Source of the DNA: Rhodobacter capsulatus SB 1003 | GTDB lineage: Bacteria > Pseudomonadota > Alphaproteobacteria > Rhodobacterales > Rhodobacteraceae | DNA length: 32,000 nt | Reading direction: 5' to 3' | NCBI RefSeq assembly: GCF_000021865.1 | Contig: NC_014034.1 | Coordinates: forward strand, 1,020,001 to 1,052,000 | Shown: piece by piece, positions 7,321 to 15,950 of the stretch | How the letters are laid out: each line of letters opens with the position of its first letter | How positions within the stretch are numbered: position 1 is the first letter of the stretch | Program-made: the position numbers and the translations under genes | Notes under the pieces: generated by a model | The model's input: only the letters and a program-made list of their open reading frames with translations | Told to the model about the DNA's origin: nothing | The model's database searches: none

Positions 7321-9339
7321 TCAGACGCCCGCGTTGCGGAAGAGGCCGCGCCAGTCGATGGCTTTGGCGGCGAAGTCGTGGCGGGCCTTGATCTCGATGC
7401 CGTCGACCTCGAAGCCCGAGCGGGTCTCGGTGTAGACGCCCTGCTGGCCCTCGAGATAGGCGAACTCGATCGTGTCGATCCGCGAGGGATCGGCGGCCAA
7501 GAACCAAGGGTCGGGCCCGGCGGCGGGGATCAGGCGGGCTTCCTCGATCGGTTCCAGGCGGTTGGCGAAGGCGTTGACTCCGGCGACCGCATTCGGGGTG
7601 GTGGCGGTGACGTTCTTGCGCGCCTCAACCGACCGCACGCCGGGCGGGGTGATGATGTAGCGCGGCAAGACACTGATCTGGCGGCCCTCAAGGCCGCGCT
7701 GGTTGCCGAAGAGGCGATAGGCTTCGGCGAGGGTGGTTTCCGAGATCGTGCCCGCCGTGCCGAGGTTGGCGTGGGAGGCATGGAACAGCGGGTTGCCATC
7801 GGCCATGTTGGGATTGGTCGAAAAGATCGAATATACCAGATCGCTTTCCAGATCCGCTGCCGCGGCACCAAACGCGGACGGGATACGGGTGAAGGCATCA
7901 AGATCGTCATTGATCAGTGTCTGCCGGGTGATGCCCACAATCCGGCCGTAGGTCACCAGCGCATAGACCTCGCGGCTTTCGCCGATGGTGCCATAGGTGA
8001 ACTCTCCCGATTCCGGCACGCGCAGCAGGTCCGGCGCACCGCCAAGCTGGTTGCGGGCGACCGGCTTGAAGTCGGTGATCACGGCCTGCCGCGCCCAGGC
8101 CGTGAAGGTGCGGGGCGTGGTGTCATAGGCCGCGCGCAGGGTCTTGTTGGCGACATTGGCCAGGATCAGGGGAAAGTCGCTGGTCGAATGCAGACCGGAA
8201 CGGCCGATCAGGGCCTCGGTCGCCAGTTCCATCTTCGACAGGCCGCGCGTGGCGATGCCGCGGCGATCAAGGGCGTGGCGGGCCAGTTCGAGAAGGGTCA
8301 GGCCGCGGAACTCGCGGGCGCGGTCGGTCAGTTGCGCTCGGCCGGGGTTGTGGCGGTGCAGGAGCGCCTCGGACATGGCATCGCGATAGGCGGCCTCAGT
8401 TGCCCCGGTGCCGCGAGCGGTGGCCGCGACAGGTTCCGATCCCCGGGCCGCTGGTGCATCGGCCTCGGCCAGCTTGTCGAGGATCGCAGCCCGGGCGGCA
8501 TCCAACGACAGGCCCCGCCGGATCATATCGGCGGCGAAGCCTGCGCCAAGCGCGTGGCGTTCGCAGAGCGCCAGCACTTCGGCTGCGGAACGGTTCGCTT
8601 CGGTGCGGATCGCATCGGGGGAGGGATCGGCTGCGGGCGGCGTGATGGGCGCGGGCGCGGCGCGGGTTTCGGCGGGAGCGTCAGGTTCGGGGATCTGGGT
8701 GTCGGGCATGGTGGTCCTCGTCTGGTTCGGGGAAGGGGCGGGCGCGTCTGCCCGGGTGAGGAGGCAGGGGGTGAGGGTTTCAGTTCGGGCGGCGCCGGTT
8801 GCCGCATCGGCGCCGCGGATATGCGCGCCGGGATCGGCGGGCATGGCGACGGCGGAGATTTCCATCGGCTCCCAGTCGACCGCGCGCCACAACTCGCGCT
8901 GGCCTTGGGCCTTGGTGATGTCGTAGCGATGGACCCGGTAGCCGACGGAGACGGCCGAGACCGTGCCATCCATGATCCGCTGCACGATCGGCGCGGCATC
9001 AGGCGCCGACGTCAGCCGCACCCGGGCAAAGCCCTGGCCGCCTTCGATCCGGGCGGAACCTGGCAGAACGGCACCCACAACGGATTCCAGCCCCCAGGAC
9101 CGGTGCGAATCCAGGAACGGCGCGCCCGCATTCAGGCGGTCCATCCGCACCGCGCCGGGCGTGACGACCAGTTCCTCGTCATATTCGACGACATCATCCC
9201 AGCCCTCATAGCGCCGCCGCTGAACGGTGGCGCCGGTGGTCCAGATCACGTCGATCGTCATGTCGTCGCCCTCGCCGCGGACAAGGCGCAGCGAGGCCTC
9301 CCGCGTGATCAGCGGGAGGTTTCGGGTCTCAGGGGGCAT
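7321..9339 (-). CDS. Prohead protease - scaffold-like linker - major capsid protein fusion
   Basis: 672 aa with three parts. The N-terminal ~190 aa is HK97-type prohead protease-like (..LDSHRSWGLESVVG..VSVGYRV..). A Pro/Ala-rich linker follows. The C-terminal ~330 aa is capsid-like (..FTYGTIGESREVYALVTYGRIVGITRQTLINDDLDAF..). Confidence 0.8.
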   Translation of the reverse strand: MPPETRNLPLITREASLRLVRGEGDDMTIDVIWTTGATVQRRRYEGWDDVVEYDEELVVTPGAVRMDRLNAGAPFLDSHRSWGLESVVGAVLPGSARIEGGQGFARVRLTSAPDAAPIVQRIMDGTVSAVSVGYRVHRYDITKAQGQRELWRAVDWEPMEISAVAMPADPGAHIRGADAATGAARTETLTPCLLTRADAPAPSPNQTRTTMPDTQIPEPDAPAETRAAPAPITPPAADPSPDAIRTEANRSAAEVLALCERHALGAGFAADMIRRGLSLDAARAAILDKLAEADAPAARGSEPVAATARGTGATEAAYRDAMSEALLHRHNPGRAQLTDRAREFRGLTLLELARHALDRRGIATRGLSKMELATEALIGRSGLHSTSDFPLILANVANKTLRAAYDTTPRTFTAWARQAVITDFKPVARNQLGGAPDLLRVPESGEFTYGTIGESREVYALVTYGRIVGITRQTLINDDLDAFTRIPSAFGAAAADLESDLVYSIFSTNPNMADGNPLFHASHANLGTAGTISETTLAEAYRLFGNQRGLEGRQISVLPRYIITPPGVRSVEARKNVTATTPNAVAGVNAFANRLEPIEEARLIPAAGPDPWFLAADPSRIDTIEFAYLEGQQGVYTETRSGFEVDGIEIKARHDFAAKAIDWRGLFRNAGV

Positions 9340-9431
9340 GGGAGAGGCTCCGTTCTGAGGAGATTTCAGTTCGCGCTTGTGCGTCTCGGCGTTTTATGAA
9401 AATATGGATTTATGAAGGATAGGAGATTCGG

Positions 9432-9989
9432 ATGCCCACGATCGAAATCACTGACTACGACTTCGCCCGCCTGCAGAAAGTGGCCGTGCCGTTCATCGAC
9501 ACGCCCGCGACGGTCTTTACGAAGGTGATGGACGCCTTCGAGCGCGCCAACACTGCGGCGGCTGCTCCGGCCTCCGTTCCGGTCGCTACGGCCAACCTGC
9601 CGGTCTACCATCACGACAATCTCCCTCCGCTTACCCATACGAAGCTGCTTGAGGCTACTTTTGATGGGAAGCAGCCCGAGAAGGTCGCGTGGGACGCGCT
9701 TGTGCGGCTGGCCTTGATCGAGACCAAGGAGCAGGCGGGTTCGATCCAGGGGCTGCGCAAGATCGCGGCAGCAAACATCGTTGAAGGCCGCAAGGACGAC
9801 GAAGGCTACAAGTTCCTCCCTGAGCATGGCTTTTCCTATCAGGGCGTTTCGGCAGAGGATGCGGTCAAGATCGTCTTCCGCTGCGCCAAGGGGCTGAAGG
9901 TCAACCTCTTTGCCGAGTTTGAATGGCGGTCCAAAGACGATGCCTACCGCCCCGGCGAACGGGCGCGCCTCGAGTACCGCGCCAGCTGA
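9432..9989 (+). CDS. Hypothetical protein, opposite-strand moron between capsid and portal genes
   Basis: 185 aa with ATG 9432, AGGAG SD at 9421-9425 and an AT-rich upstream region. The amino-acid composition looks normal, unlike the shadow ORFs. Confidence 0.7.
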   Translation: MPTIEITDYDFARLQKVAVPFIDTPATVFTKVMDAFERANTAAAAPASVPVATANLPVYHHDNLPPLTHTKLLEATFDGKQPEKVAWDALVRLALIETKEQAGSIQGLRKIAAANIVEGRKDDEGYKFLPEHGFSYQGVSAEDAVKIVFRCAKGLKVNLFAEFEWRSKDDAYRPGERARLEYRAS

Positions 9990-9997
9990 ACAGTTGA

Positions 9998-11521
9998 TCA
10001 TTGTTCCTCCGTGGGCGGGTCGCGATCCGTCGCGTCCACGGCTTGCGCGAGACCGGCGCGGCTGACGCGGCGGGGATCAGCATCGAAAATCAGGCCCAGC
10101 TGATCGAAGAGGGCGGCGTACTTCTGCCATTCCTCGACGACTTCGCGCGGGTCGTAACCGCGGCGGGCGATCTGCTGGGCGGGGGTTGAGAAGCCCGCAC
10201 GGACCTCCATCAGATCGGCCGTCACGTCCTGCAGCGGGTTCACGCTTTCAAACCGGGGCGGGGCCCATTCGACGGCGATCTCGGGCTGGGGCAGGGCACC
10301 AGCCGTCCAGGCGGCCTCCATCACCCAATCCCAGATGCGCTGGCAGAACATCGGGATCACCACTTGCCACTGGACCGCTTCGACCATGCGCCGGAACTCG
10401 TGCAGGCCGACGCGCGAGGAGGCGAAGTTCACCTGTGACAGATCGCCCGTCATCAGCTCGTAGGGCACGCGGAACCCGGCCGAGATGATGTGCTGCTGAA
10501 CCTGGTTCCATTCGTAGATGCCCGAGGTGGAGGCGGGCGTGCTGAACTTGATGTCCTTGCCGTTGCGCACGTATCCGATCAGACCGGGTTCGAATTGTTC
10601 GATCCGGTTGCCGTCGGCATCCTGCACCACCGGCGCCATGGATTGCTGATCCTCGTCGGCGCCGAAGACGAAGCCGACCATAGAGGCTTCGATCTTCTTG
10701 CGGACCAGTTCGGCGGTCTGCCAGTCGCCCAGTTCCCTGAGCGCCCGCATGGCGGGCACGCCCCAAGGCACGCCGCGGTTCTGCACGCGCTGGCGTTCGA
10801 AGAGGTGGGCGACGCCGTCTGCCCCGACCCTCAGCGATTCAAACCGGCGCCCGAAGACCGGCATCGCATCGCCGGGATGGTCGGGGAACATCCAGTAGCC
10901 CCGGCGGCGGCCGAGCGCGTCGTATTCGATGCCCTGGACGATCCGGCCTCCGTCAGGCCGGTTGTCGAACTTGGCCCCATCGAGGTGATCGGCCTCGTTG
11001 AGCTGGATCTGCACTGGGGCTGCCAATCGGTCACTGGCCCGGCGGCGATGGCGCAGGGCAAAGACTTCGCCGCCTTCGATCATTTCGCGCACGGCCAGAG
11101 CGGTCAGGCCGTGGAAGTCGGTGTGCCCATCGGCATCGGCACGCGGCGCCCAGCGCTTCCAGAGATCATCGGCGAGCTTGTTCAGCGCCGGATCGGCCGC
11201 CGCGGCCCGGGGACGAATGCCGGTGCCGACGATGTTCGACACCAGAACCTGTACGGCCTTTGCGGCAAGCGGATCATTGCGGACCAGATCGCGCATGCGG
11301 TCGCGCAGGGCGCCACCCGCAACTGCGATTTCCGCGTCGGCCGCGGTGCTGCCTGCGCGCCAGCCATCCGTGCCGCGCCCGCGGGCGGCAGCATCGTAGC
11401 CCCGCCGAAGGTTGGCGATTGCCACCCGGGCGGCATAGCGCCGGGCGGCCGTGCGGGGCGCGACCGTCGCCACGATCCGATCGATCACGCCCCAGGGCAC
11501 ATCGGGCGGCGAGGGTTTCAT
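9998..11521 (-). CDS. Phage portal protein, lambda family
   Basis: 507 aa, ...RGYDAAARGRGTDGWRAGSTAADAEI..LRDRMRDLVRNDPLAAKAV...; ATGA overlap with the gpW-like gene. Confidence 0.9.
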   Translation of the reverse strand: MKPSPPDVPWGVIDRIVATVAPRTAARRYAARVAIANLRRGYDAAARGRGTDGWRAGSTAADAEIAVAGGALRDRMRDLVRNDPLAAKAVQVLVSNIVGTGIRPRAAAADPALNKLADDLWKRWAPRADADGHTDFHGLTALAVREMIEGGEVFALRHRRRASDRLAAPVQIQLNEADHLDGAKFDNRPDGGRIVQGIEYDALGRRRGYWMFPDHPGDAMPVFGRRFESLRVGADGVAHLFERQRVQNRGVPWGVPAMRALRELGDWQTAELVRKKIEASMVGFVFGADEDQQSMAPVVQDADGNRIEQFEPGLIGYVRNGKDIKFSTPASTSGIYEWNQVQQHIISAGFRVPYELMTGDLSQVNFASSRVGLHEFRRMVEAVQWQVVIPMFCQRIWDWVMEAAWTAGALPQPEIAVEWAPPRFESVNPLQDVTADLMEVRAGFSTPAQQIARRGYDPREVVEEWQKYAALFDQLGLIFDADPRRVSRAGLAQAVDATDRDPPTEEQ

Positions 11522-11727
11522 GTGCGGCCCCGGCTGAAGCTAGCCTTGCCCGCAACCGGCCGGGTATTGCCCGTGCCAGTTGCCATCTGCCCCTCGATGA
11601 AGCGGATGCGGGCCAGAAGATCGGCGGCATTCCCATAGGTCAGGCGGCGCCCATCGTATTCCACCACCAAGGCGCCTGCGGCATAGGCGCGGTGGAGCGC
11701 ATCAAGTTCGGCTTGCGAGAAGGACAT
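11518..11727 (-). CDS. gpW-like head-tail joining protein
   Basis: MSFSQAELDALHRAYAAGALVVEYDGRRLTYGNAADLLARIRFIEGQMA... The start at 11725-11727 overlaps the terL stop (ATGA). An alternative ATG lies at 11734-11736. The longer track ORF is not credible. Confidence 0.65.
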   Translation of the reverse strand: MSFSQAELDALHRAYAAGALVVEYDGRRLTYGNAADLLARIRFIEGQMATGTGNTRPVAGKASFSRGRT

Positions 11728-13709
11728 CAGAGCCATTTTCCACGTCGGGGCCCGAGCCAGCCGGTTGGGCGCTTCGGGGCAGATTGCGGTTGCGGCCGGT
11801 CGGGTTGACCGGCCGGGGTGGTTGCCGGGCGCGCAGGCCCGATCTGTTCTTCCAGCGCTTCCCAGCGCGCGTTGTCCCAGCGATCGATCCCCATCAGCCA
11901 GGCGGCGGCGCGGGCATAGACCCGGCAGTCGAGGGCCTCGTTGCGTTCCCGGGTCTGTTCCCATTCGAGCTTCTGATAGCCGGTGCGGGTTTTGCGGGTG
12001 ACGAGTTGTTCAGACGTCAGCTGCTTCACCCATTCGGCCGTGGTGCCCTTCGGGATATGCACAAAGCCTGCGGGCCAGTCGGCCCCGGCTGCCCGTTCCT
12101 CATCGGTCGGCGCGGCCAGGCGCAGGAAACGGTAGGTCTCGGCCTTGAAGACGGCACCCGCCACTTTCCAGAGCCGGACCCCGCGGCGGAGCTTTCGGCC
12201 GCCTTCAGTCGTTTCCACATAGGTGGGCCCGTCCACTGGCGTTGATCGATCAAACCCGGCCACGCCCTTGATGGCGATCACTTGTCCGTGCCCAGCTTGC
12301 CGGACCCAAGCATAAACCGCGTCGGTCGTGGCGCCGTCACCTGAGTCGATCGCCACCCGCGCCAGTGCCATCCGGGCGCCCGAAGCGTGTTCCCATGTCA
12401 TGCCGAGGAACTCATTCAGATCGGCCCAAACCTCCGCCCGGGCGGTGTCGCCCTCAAGGACGACGTGATCGACGAGCCAAGAGCGAAGATTCCGTCCCCA
12501 ACCCCAAACGTCGATCTCGATCCGGTCGCGCTGCACGTCGATCCCTGCCGTGAGGATCAGCACACCGACAGGCGCACGGCCCAACTGCCAATCCTCGCGC
12601 CGCTCATAGAGCCGCTGCCAGTCCGGCGCTTCGCCGCGCTCCGCCCAGGTTTCGCCGAGGACGGTGTTCTTGACGGTTTTCAGTGCGGAGTCGTTGCCTT
12701 GCGCCTGATCCCAGCGCCGGGCGATTTCTTCCCAGGACAACCACCCGAGGGGCGAGTAGAGCCCCGAGATGTGGAACCCGATCACGCCTGCCATCTCAGC
12801 CGAAGCCTGCACATCGGGTGCAGCCGTCGGCAGCCAATCCGCCCCGTTCTCCTCGTCCATCATCCATGTTTTGTGCCGCTCGGCGATTGGCGCCTCGCAA
12901 TGTTCGCAGAGATAGGCGGCGGTGTCCGGTCGCCCCTTTTCCCAGCGCAGCCGTTCGAACTTCAGCCATTGCAGCCCGCCGCAATGCGGGCAGGGGACGT
13001 GATAGCGGCGCTGGTCGGTCAATTCGAACTCCCGCTCGATCCGGCTGAGGCCCTTGATCGTGGGCGTCGAGGCCAGGAAGATTTTCTTGCGGTGGCCGAA
13101 GCTGTCGGTGCGGGCTTCAGCCAGCGCCACCGGATCGCCTTCCCCCTCAAGGTCGCCCGGATAGGCGTCGACCTCGTCCAGAAAGAGCCAGCGCGCGGGC
13201 ATTGACCGCAGCCCCACGGCCGAGTTCGCGCCGGTCAGCACCAACTGGCCGCTGGGGAAACGCTTGGCCAGCACCGTGTTTCCGGCGTCGCGCGACCGGG
13301 CGGGCAGGACGAGGGCCCGGAGGTCTGGGCTTTCCTCGATCAGGGGTTCGATCCGCTGCTGGCTGAGGCTCTTGGCCAGATCGGTCGTCGGTTGCACCGC
13401 CAAGATCGGCCCCGGCGCGCGGTGGATGCAGAAGCCGATCCAGTTATTTCCGGCCTCGGTAGCGCCGACCTGCGCCGACTTCATGAACACCACCCGCTGC
13501 GCCGGGTTGTTCGGCGACAGGGCCTCCATGATCGCCTTGAGGTAGGGCGTCCGGCTGGTGCGATAGGGTCCGGCCTCTGACGCTGCCCGCGACGACAGGA
13601 TGCGGTGCCGGTCTGCCCATTCAGCCACGGTCTGCGCCGGATCGGGCGCCAGACCCCGTGCCCAGGCGACAGCGATATCCTCCGCCCCCTCGAAGCTAGC
13701 GAAGTTCAA
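11727..13709 (-). CDS. terL: Terminase large subunit (lambda GpA family)
   Basis: 660 aa with a TTG start at 13707-13709 preceded by GGAGG. The N-terminus reads ...AEWADRHRILSSRAASEAGPYRTSRTPYLKAIMEAL.., and a zinc-like CPHCG...CEHC motif is present. Confidence 0.9.
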   Translation of the reverse strand: MNFASFEGAEDIAVAWARGLAPDPAQTVAEWADRHRILSSRAASEAGPYRTSRTPYLKAIMEALSPNNPAQRVVFMKSAQVGATEAGNNWIGFCIHRAPGPILAVQPTTDLAKSLSQQRIEPLIEESPDLRALVLPARSRDAGNTVLAKRFPSGQLVLTGANSAVGLRSMPARWLFLDEVDAYPGDLEGEGDPVALAEARTDSFGHRKKIFLASTPTIKGLSRIEREFELTDQRRYHVPCPHCGGLQWLKFERLRWEKGRPDTAAYLCEHCEAPIAERHKTWMMDEENGADWLPTAAPDVQASAEMAGVIGFHISGLYSPLGWLSWEEIARRWDQAQGNDSALKTVKNTVLGETWAERGEAPDWQRLYERREDWQLGRAPVGVLILTAGIDVQRDRIEIDVWGWGRNLRSWLVDHVVLEGDTARAEVWADLNEFLGMTWEHASGARMALARVAIDSGDGATTDAVYAWVRQAGHGQVIAIKGVAGFDRSTPVDGPTYVETTEGGRKLRRGVRLWKVAGAVFKAETYRFLRLAAPTDEERAAGADWPAGFVHIPKGTTAEWVKQLTSEQLVTRKTRTGYQKLEWEQTRERNEALDCRVYARAAAWLMGIDRWDNARWEALEEQIGPARPATTPAGQPDRPQPQSAPKRPTGWLGPRRGKWL

Positions 13710-14304
13710 CTTTGACCTCCGACATCTCCGCCAGATGGCGGCGCAGATAGCGCATCAGCACCTGCTCCACGGCATGCGGCTCGGCCCCGAGTTCGGCGGC
13801 GATGTCCGCGGCCACCCGCGGCGGCCAATTCAGCCAGGCGTCGCGTTCACGCCGTGCCAGATCGAACACCATCGCGGTGGCCCGGGCGCGATCGACGACC
13901 TCGCCCTTCATCTTCTGCAACCTCACCCGGGCGGTCTGCGCTTTCAGTACCTCATTCGCCATCCGGGCTTTAACGAAGGAGACCTCGCCTCCGTCACCCG
14001 CCGCCGCGCCCGGGTCGGCCCCGGCTTCGGTCAAGGTTTCCGCCACGGCTGCGAAGGCCTGCCGCGGCACGGCCTTGGTGCCCGCAACTATCCGGGTCGC
14101 CGCCGCCGTGCCCCGGCCCAGATCCCGGGCATGGGCGCCGCGTTGCTTCGCCGGATCGGTGGACGCATCCCACATCGCATCGGCCTTGGCGGCGTCGATC
14201 GTGCCATCGGCCTCCGTCGTGATCCGCCCGGTGGCGATGGCCTTGCGCACGGCGCTTTCATGCACCCCGCGCAAGGCGGCATAGGCGCGCCGCGACAGCC
14301 CCAT
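13696..14304 (-). CDS. terS: Terminase small subunit (Nu1-like HTH), tentative
   Basis: The start is trimmed to MGLSRRAYAALRGVHESAVRKAIATGRI (ATG 14302-14304). This is an N-terminal HTH, and the gene overlaps the terL start. Confidence 0.6.
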   Translation of the reverse strand: MGLSRRAYAALRGVHESAVRKAIATGRITTEADGTIDAAKADAMWDASTDPAKQRGAHARDLGRGTAAATRIVAGTKAVPRQAFAAVAETLTEAGADPGAAAGDGGEVSFVKARMANEVLKAQTARVRLQKMKGEVVDRARATAMVFDLARRERDAWLNWPPRVAADIAAELGAEPHAVEQVLMRYLRRHLAEMSEVKVELR

Positions 14305-14395
14305 CTTGCGACATTCTCCAATTAAGGCAGTGATTTGGACTTGCTCTTCGGACGGTCTCGGCAATGTCTGCGACACCTTGAAACGGAGGTTTCCG

Positions 14396-14617
14396 ATGCC
14401 CGCCAAGACCGCCCTGATGACCGGCCATGAGGCCAATTGCCTGGCCGCCGCCGACCATTTCATCGCCTGCCGCGGGTCGAAACCCGCGACCCGCATCCGC
14501 GCCCGGTTTGACCGAATCGATCAGGCCGAAGCCTTCGCCGCGACCTTCGGCGACAGCCGCACGATGATCTACGCCGTCACCGCCGAAGGCCGCTCGGCCC
14601 ACATCAAGAACGCCTGA
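14396..14617 (+). CDS. Hypothetical small protein (accessory cassette gene 1)
   Basis: 73 aa from MPAKTALMTGHEAN, ATG 14396 with GGAGG at 14386-14390. Confidence 0.5.
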   Translation: MPAKTALMTGHEANCLAAADHFIACRGSKPATRIRARFDRIDQAEAFAATFGDSRTMIYAVTAEGRSAHIKNA

Positions 14618-14628
14618 AGGAGGTACCG

Positions 14629-15214
14629 ATGTTCACCAACCTCTCCGCCGTCCAGATCAATCGCCTCGCCCAGCGCCTGAGCGATGCCCCCTTGGGCCGC
14701 AGCGCCAGCGTGGCCGCGGCCGCCGAACGGTTCGAACGGCTTCTGGCCGCCAAGATCGGCACCGACCGCGCGCCGAAGGCGATCAAGTCGATCCTGACCG
14801 CCCCGGGCTTGGAGACGGCCGCCGGGCGGTTGGCGGCCGAGATCGACGCCTTCGAGCAGGAAACCGCGGCAGAACCGGCGCCGCCCCCTGCCGCCCCAGA
14901 ACAAGCCGTCGAACCGGCGCCGATTGCCGAGGCTGAACCCGCCGCCGCGCCCAGCGCCCCGCGTCGTCGCCGGGATGCCGACCTCGAGGCCAAAGCCCGG
15001 CAGGGGGAACTCCCCCCGCCGCCCGATTTCTCCGCCCCGACCCACGCCCGTTTCCGGGCGAAACTCGCCGCGCTGGTGGAACTGGCCGGAAAAGGCAGAT
15101 GCCACGGGCCTGCGCGCAGTGCAAATCAACCCGGTGTCGTCCAGCCCCAAGGCGCTGGCCCGCTATCGCGACCTCGCAGTGCTGGCGATCGAAGCCCGGG
15201 AGGGCCGGGCATGA
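14629..15214 (+). CDS. Hypothetical protein (accessory cassette gene 2); needs a +1 frame change near 15090-15093 to reach its apparent native C-terminus
   Basis: ATG 14629 with a GAAGGAGG SD. Frame 1 gives ...PDFSAPTHARFRAKLAALVELAGKG and then turns Arg/Pro/Gly-rich. Frame 2 continues DATGLRAVQINPVSSSPKALARYRDLAVLAIEAREGRA* and ends in an ATGA overlap with the next gene. Confidence 0.5.
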
Positions 15215-15546
15215 AGATCACCCGCAGCTTCGAGCCCGGCGACCGCTATCGCTACGACTTCGACCTTTGTTCCTGCGCCCGGGGATGGGCGCAGGTCGAT
15301 ACCGCGCAGGATGCCGCGTGGTTCGGCACATGGGCCTCGCCCGCCGAGCGGACGATCCTCAACTTCGCCGAGGGCGATGTCACCCGCACTTTCTGCGACA
15401 CCGACGCAGAGTTCGCCGCCGCCCTGCGCGAGATCGATCGCTGGAACCGGGATCACGGCTATGGCCCGGCCCGGATCGACCCCGGCTTCGATCCGGCGCT
15501 GAAGGCGGCGTTCGAGGCGGTCGGGCTGGGGGATATGCTTCACTGA
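15211..15546 (+). CDS. Hypothetical protein (accessory cassette gene 3)
   Basis: 111 aa, MKITRSFEPGDRYRYDFDLCSCARGWAQVDTAQDAAWFGTW...; ATG 15211 overlaps the frame-2 stop of the previous gene. Confidence 0.6.
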   Translation: MKITRSFEPGDRYRYDFDLCSCARGWAQVDTAQDAAWFGTWASPAERTILNFAEGDVTRTFCDTDAEFAAALREIDRWNRDHGYGPARIDPGFDPALKAAFEAVGLGDMLH

Positions 15547-15579
15547 TCGCAAGTGCACTGAGTTCTTGCGGCGCGCATT

Positions 15580-15939
15580 CTAGGAGAAGATCTGAACCGC
15601 GCTTTTGACAAGCTGAACCACTTGCTCGTCGTTTAGATCACACGATCTCCTCAGCTTTGGGTCGCTATCGATATTGGGTGGGGCTCCAATGACGAGAAAC
15701 TTGGTCTCTTTCCCTTTTTCGTACGGAGCAGGCGCAAGGACTTCCCAATTATCAACACGCCCAAGTGTGACATAATGATCCGGCGAGCCAATCGCGTTCA
15801 GCAGATCCTTTTCGCTCGGATCAGAGTTTTGGAAGGTTACGTCAGTAATCTGCCCGCTGGGCTGAAGAATCTTTCCAATCAAGCGCACTTCTCCTCTAAC
15901 GGGTTCTTCCCGAACCAGAGCTATACTCCAATCTCCCAC
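15580..15939 (-). CDS. Hypothetical protein, AT-rich orphan ORF at the end of the early operon
   Basis: 119 aa if started at GTG 15937-15939 (VGDWSIALVREEPVRGEVRLIGK...). The AT-rich coding-looking part starts just after the PLP gene stop. The upstream part of the track ORF overlaps the PLP gene in another frame. Confidence 0.4.
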   Translation of the reverse strand: MGDWSIALVREEPVRGEVRLIGKILQPSGQITDVTFQNSDPSEKDLLNAIGSPDHYVTLGRVDNWEVLAPAPYEKGKETKFLVIGAPPNIDSDPKLRRSCDLNDEQVVQLVKSAVQIFS

Positions 15940-15950
15940 TTGAGAAGAAG

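Noticed and set aside
7378-9399. 673-aa + strand ORF opposite the protease-capsid gene. Similar ORFs occur at 10490-11638, 12387-13205, 13600-14325, 16041-16865 and 16655-17488
   Set aside because: All are antisense to genes with clear family motifs. They have Arg/Gly/Pro-dominated composition, no SD, and no sensible operon context.
14629-15546. Single 305-aa ORF as given in the track
   Set aside because: The middle ~38 aa (RCHGPARSANQPGVVQPQGAGPLSRPRSAGDRSPGGPG) look out of frame. An alternative frame gives a plausible C-terminus ending in an ATGA overlap with an SD-less but coupled ATG at 15211. I therefore model it as two genes with a frame break.
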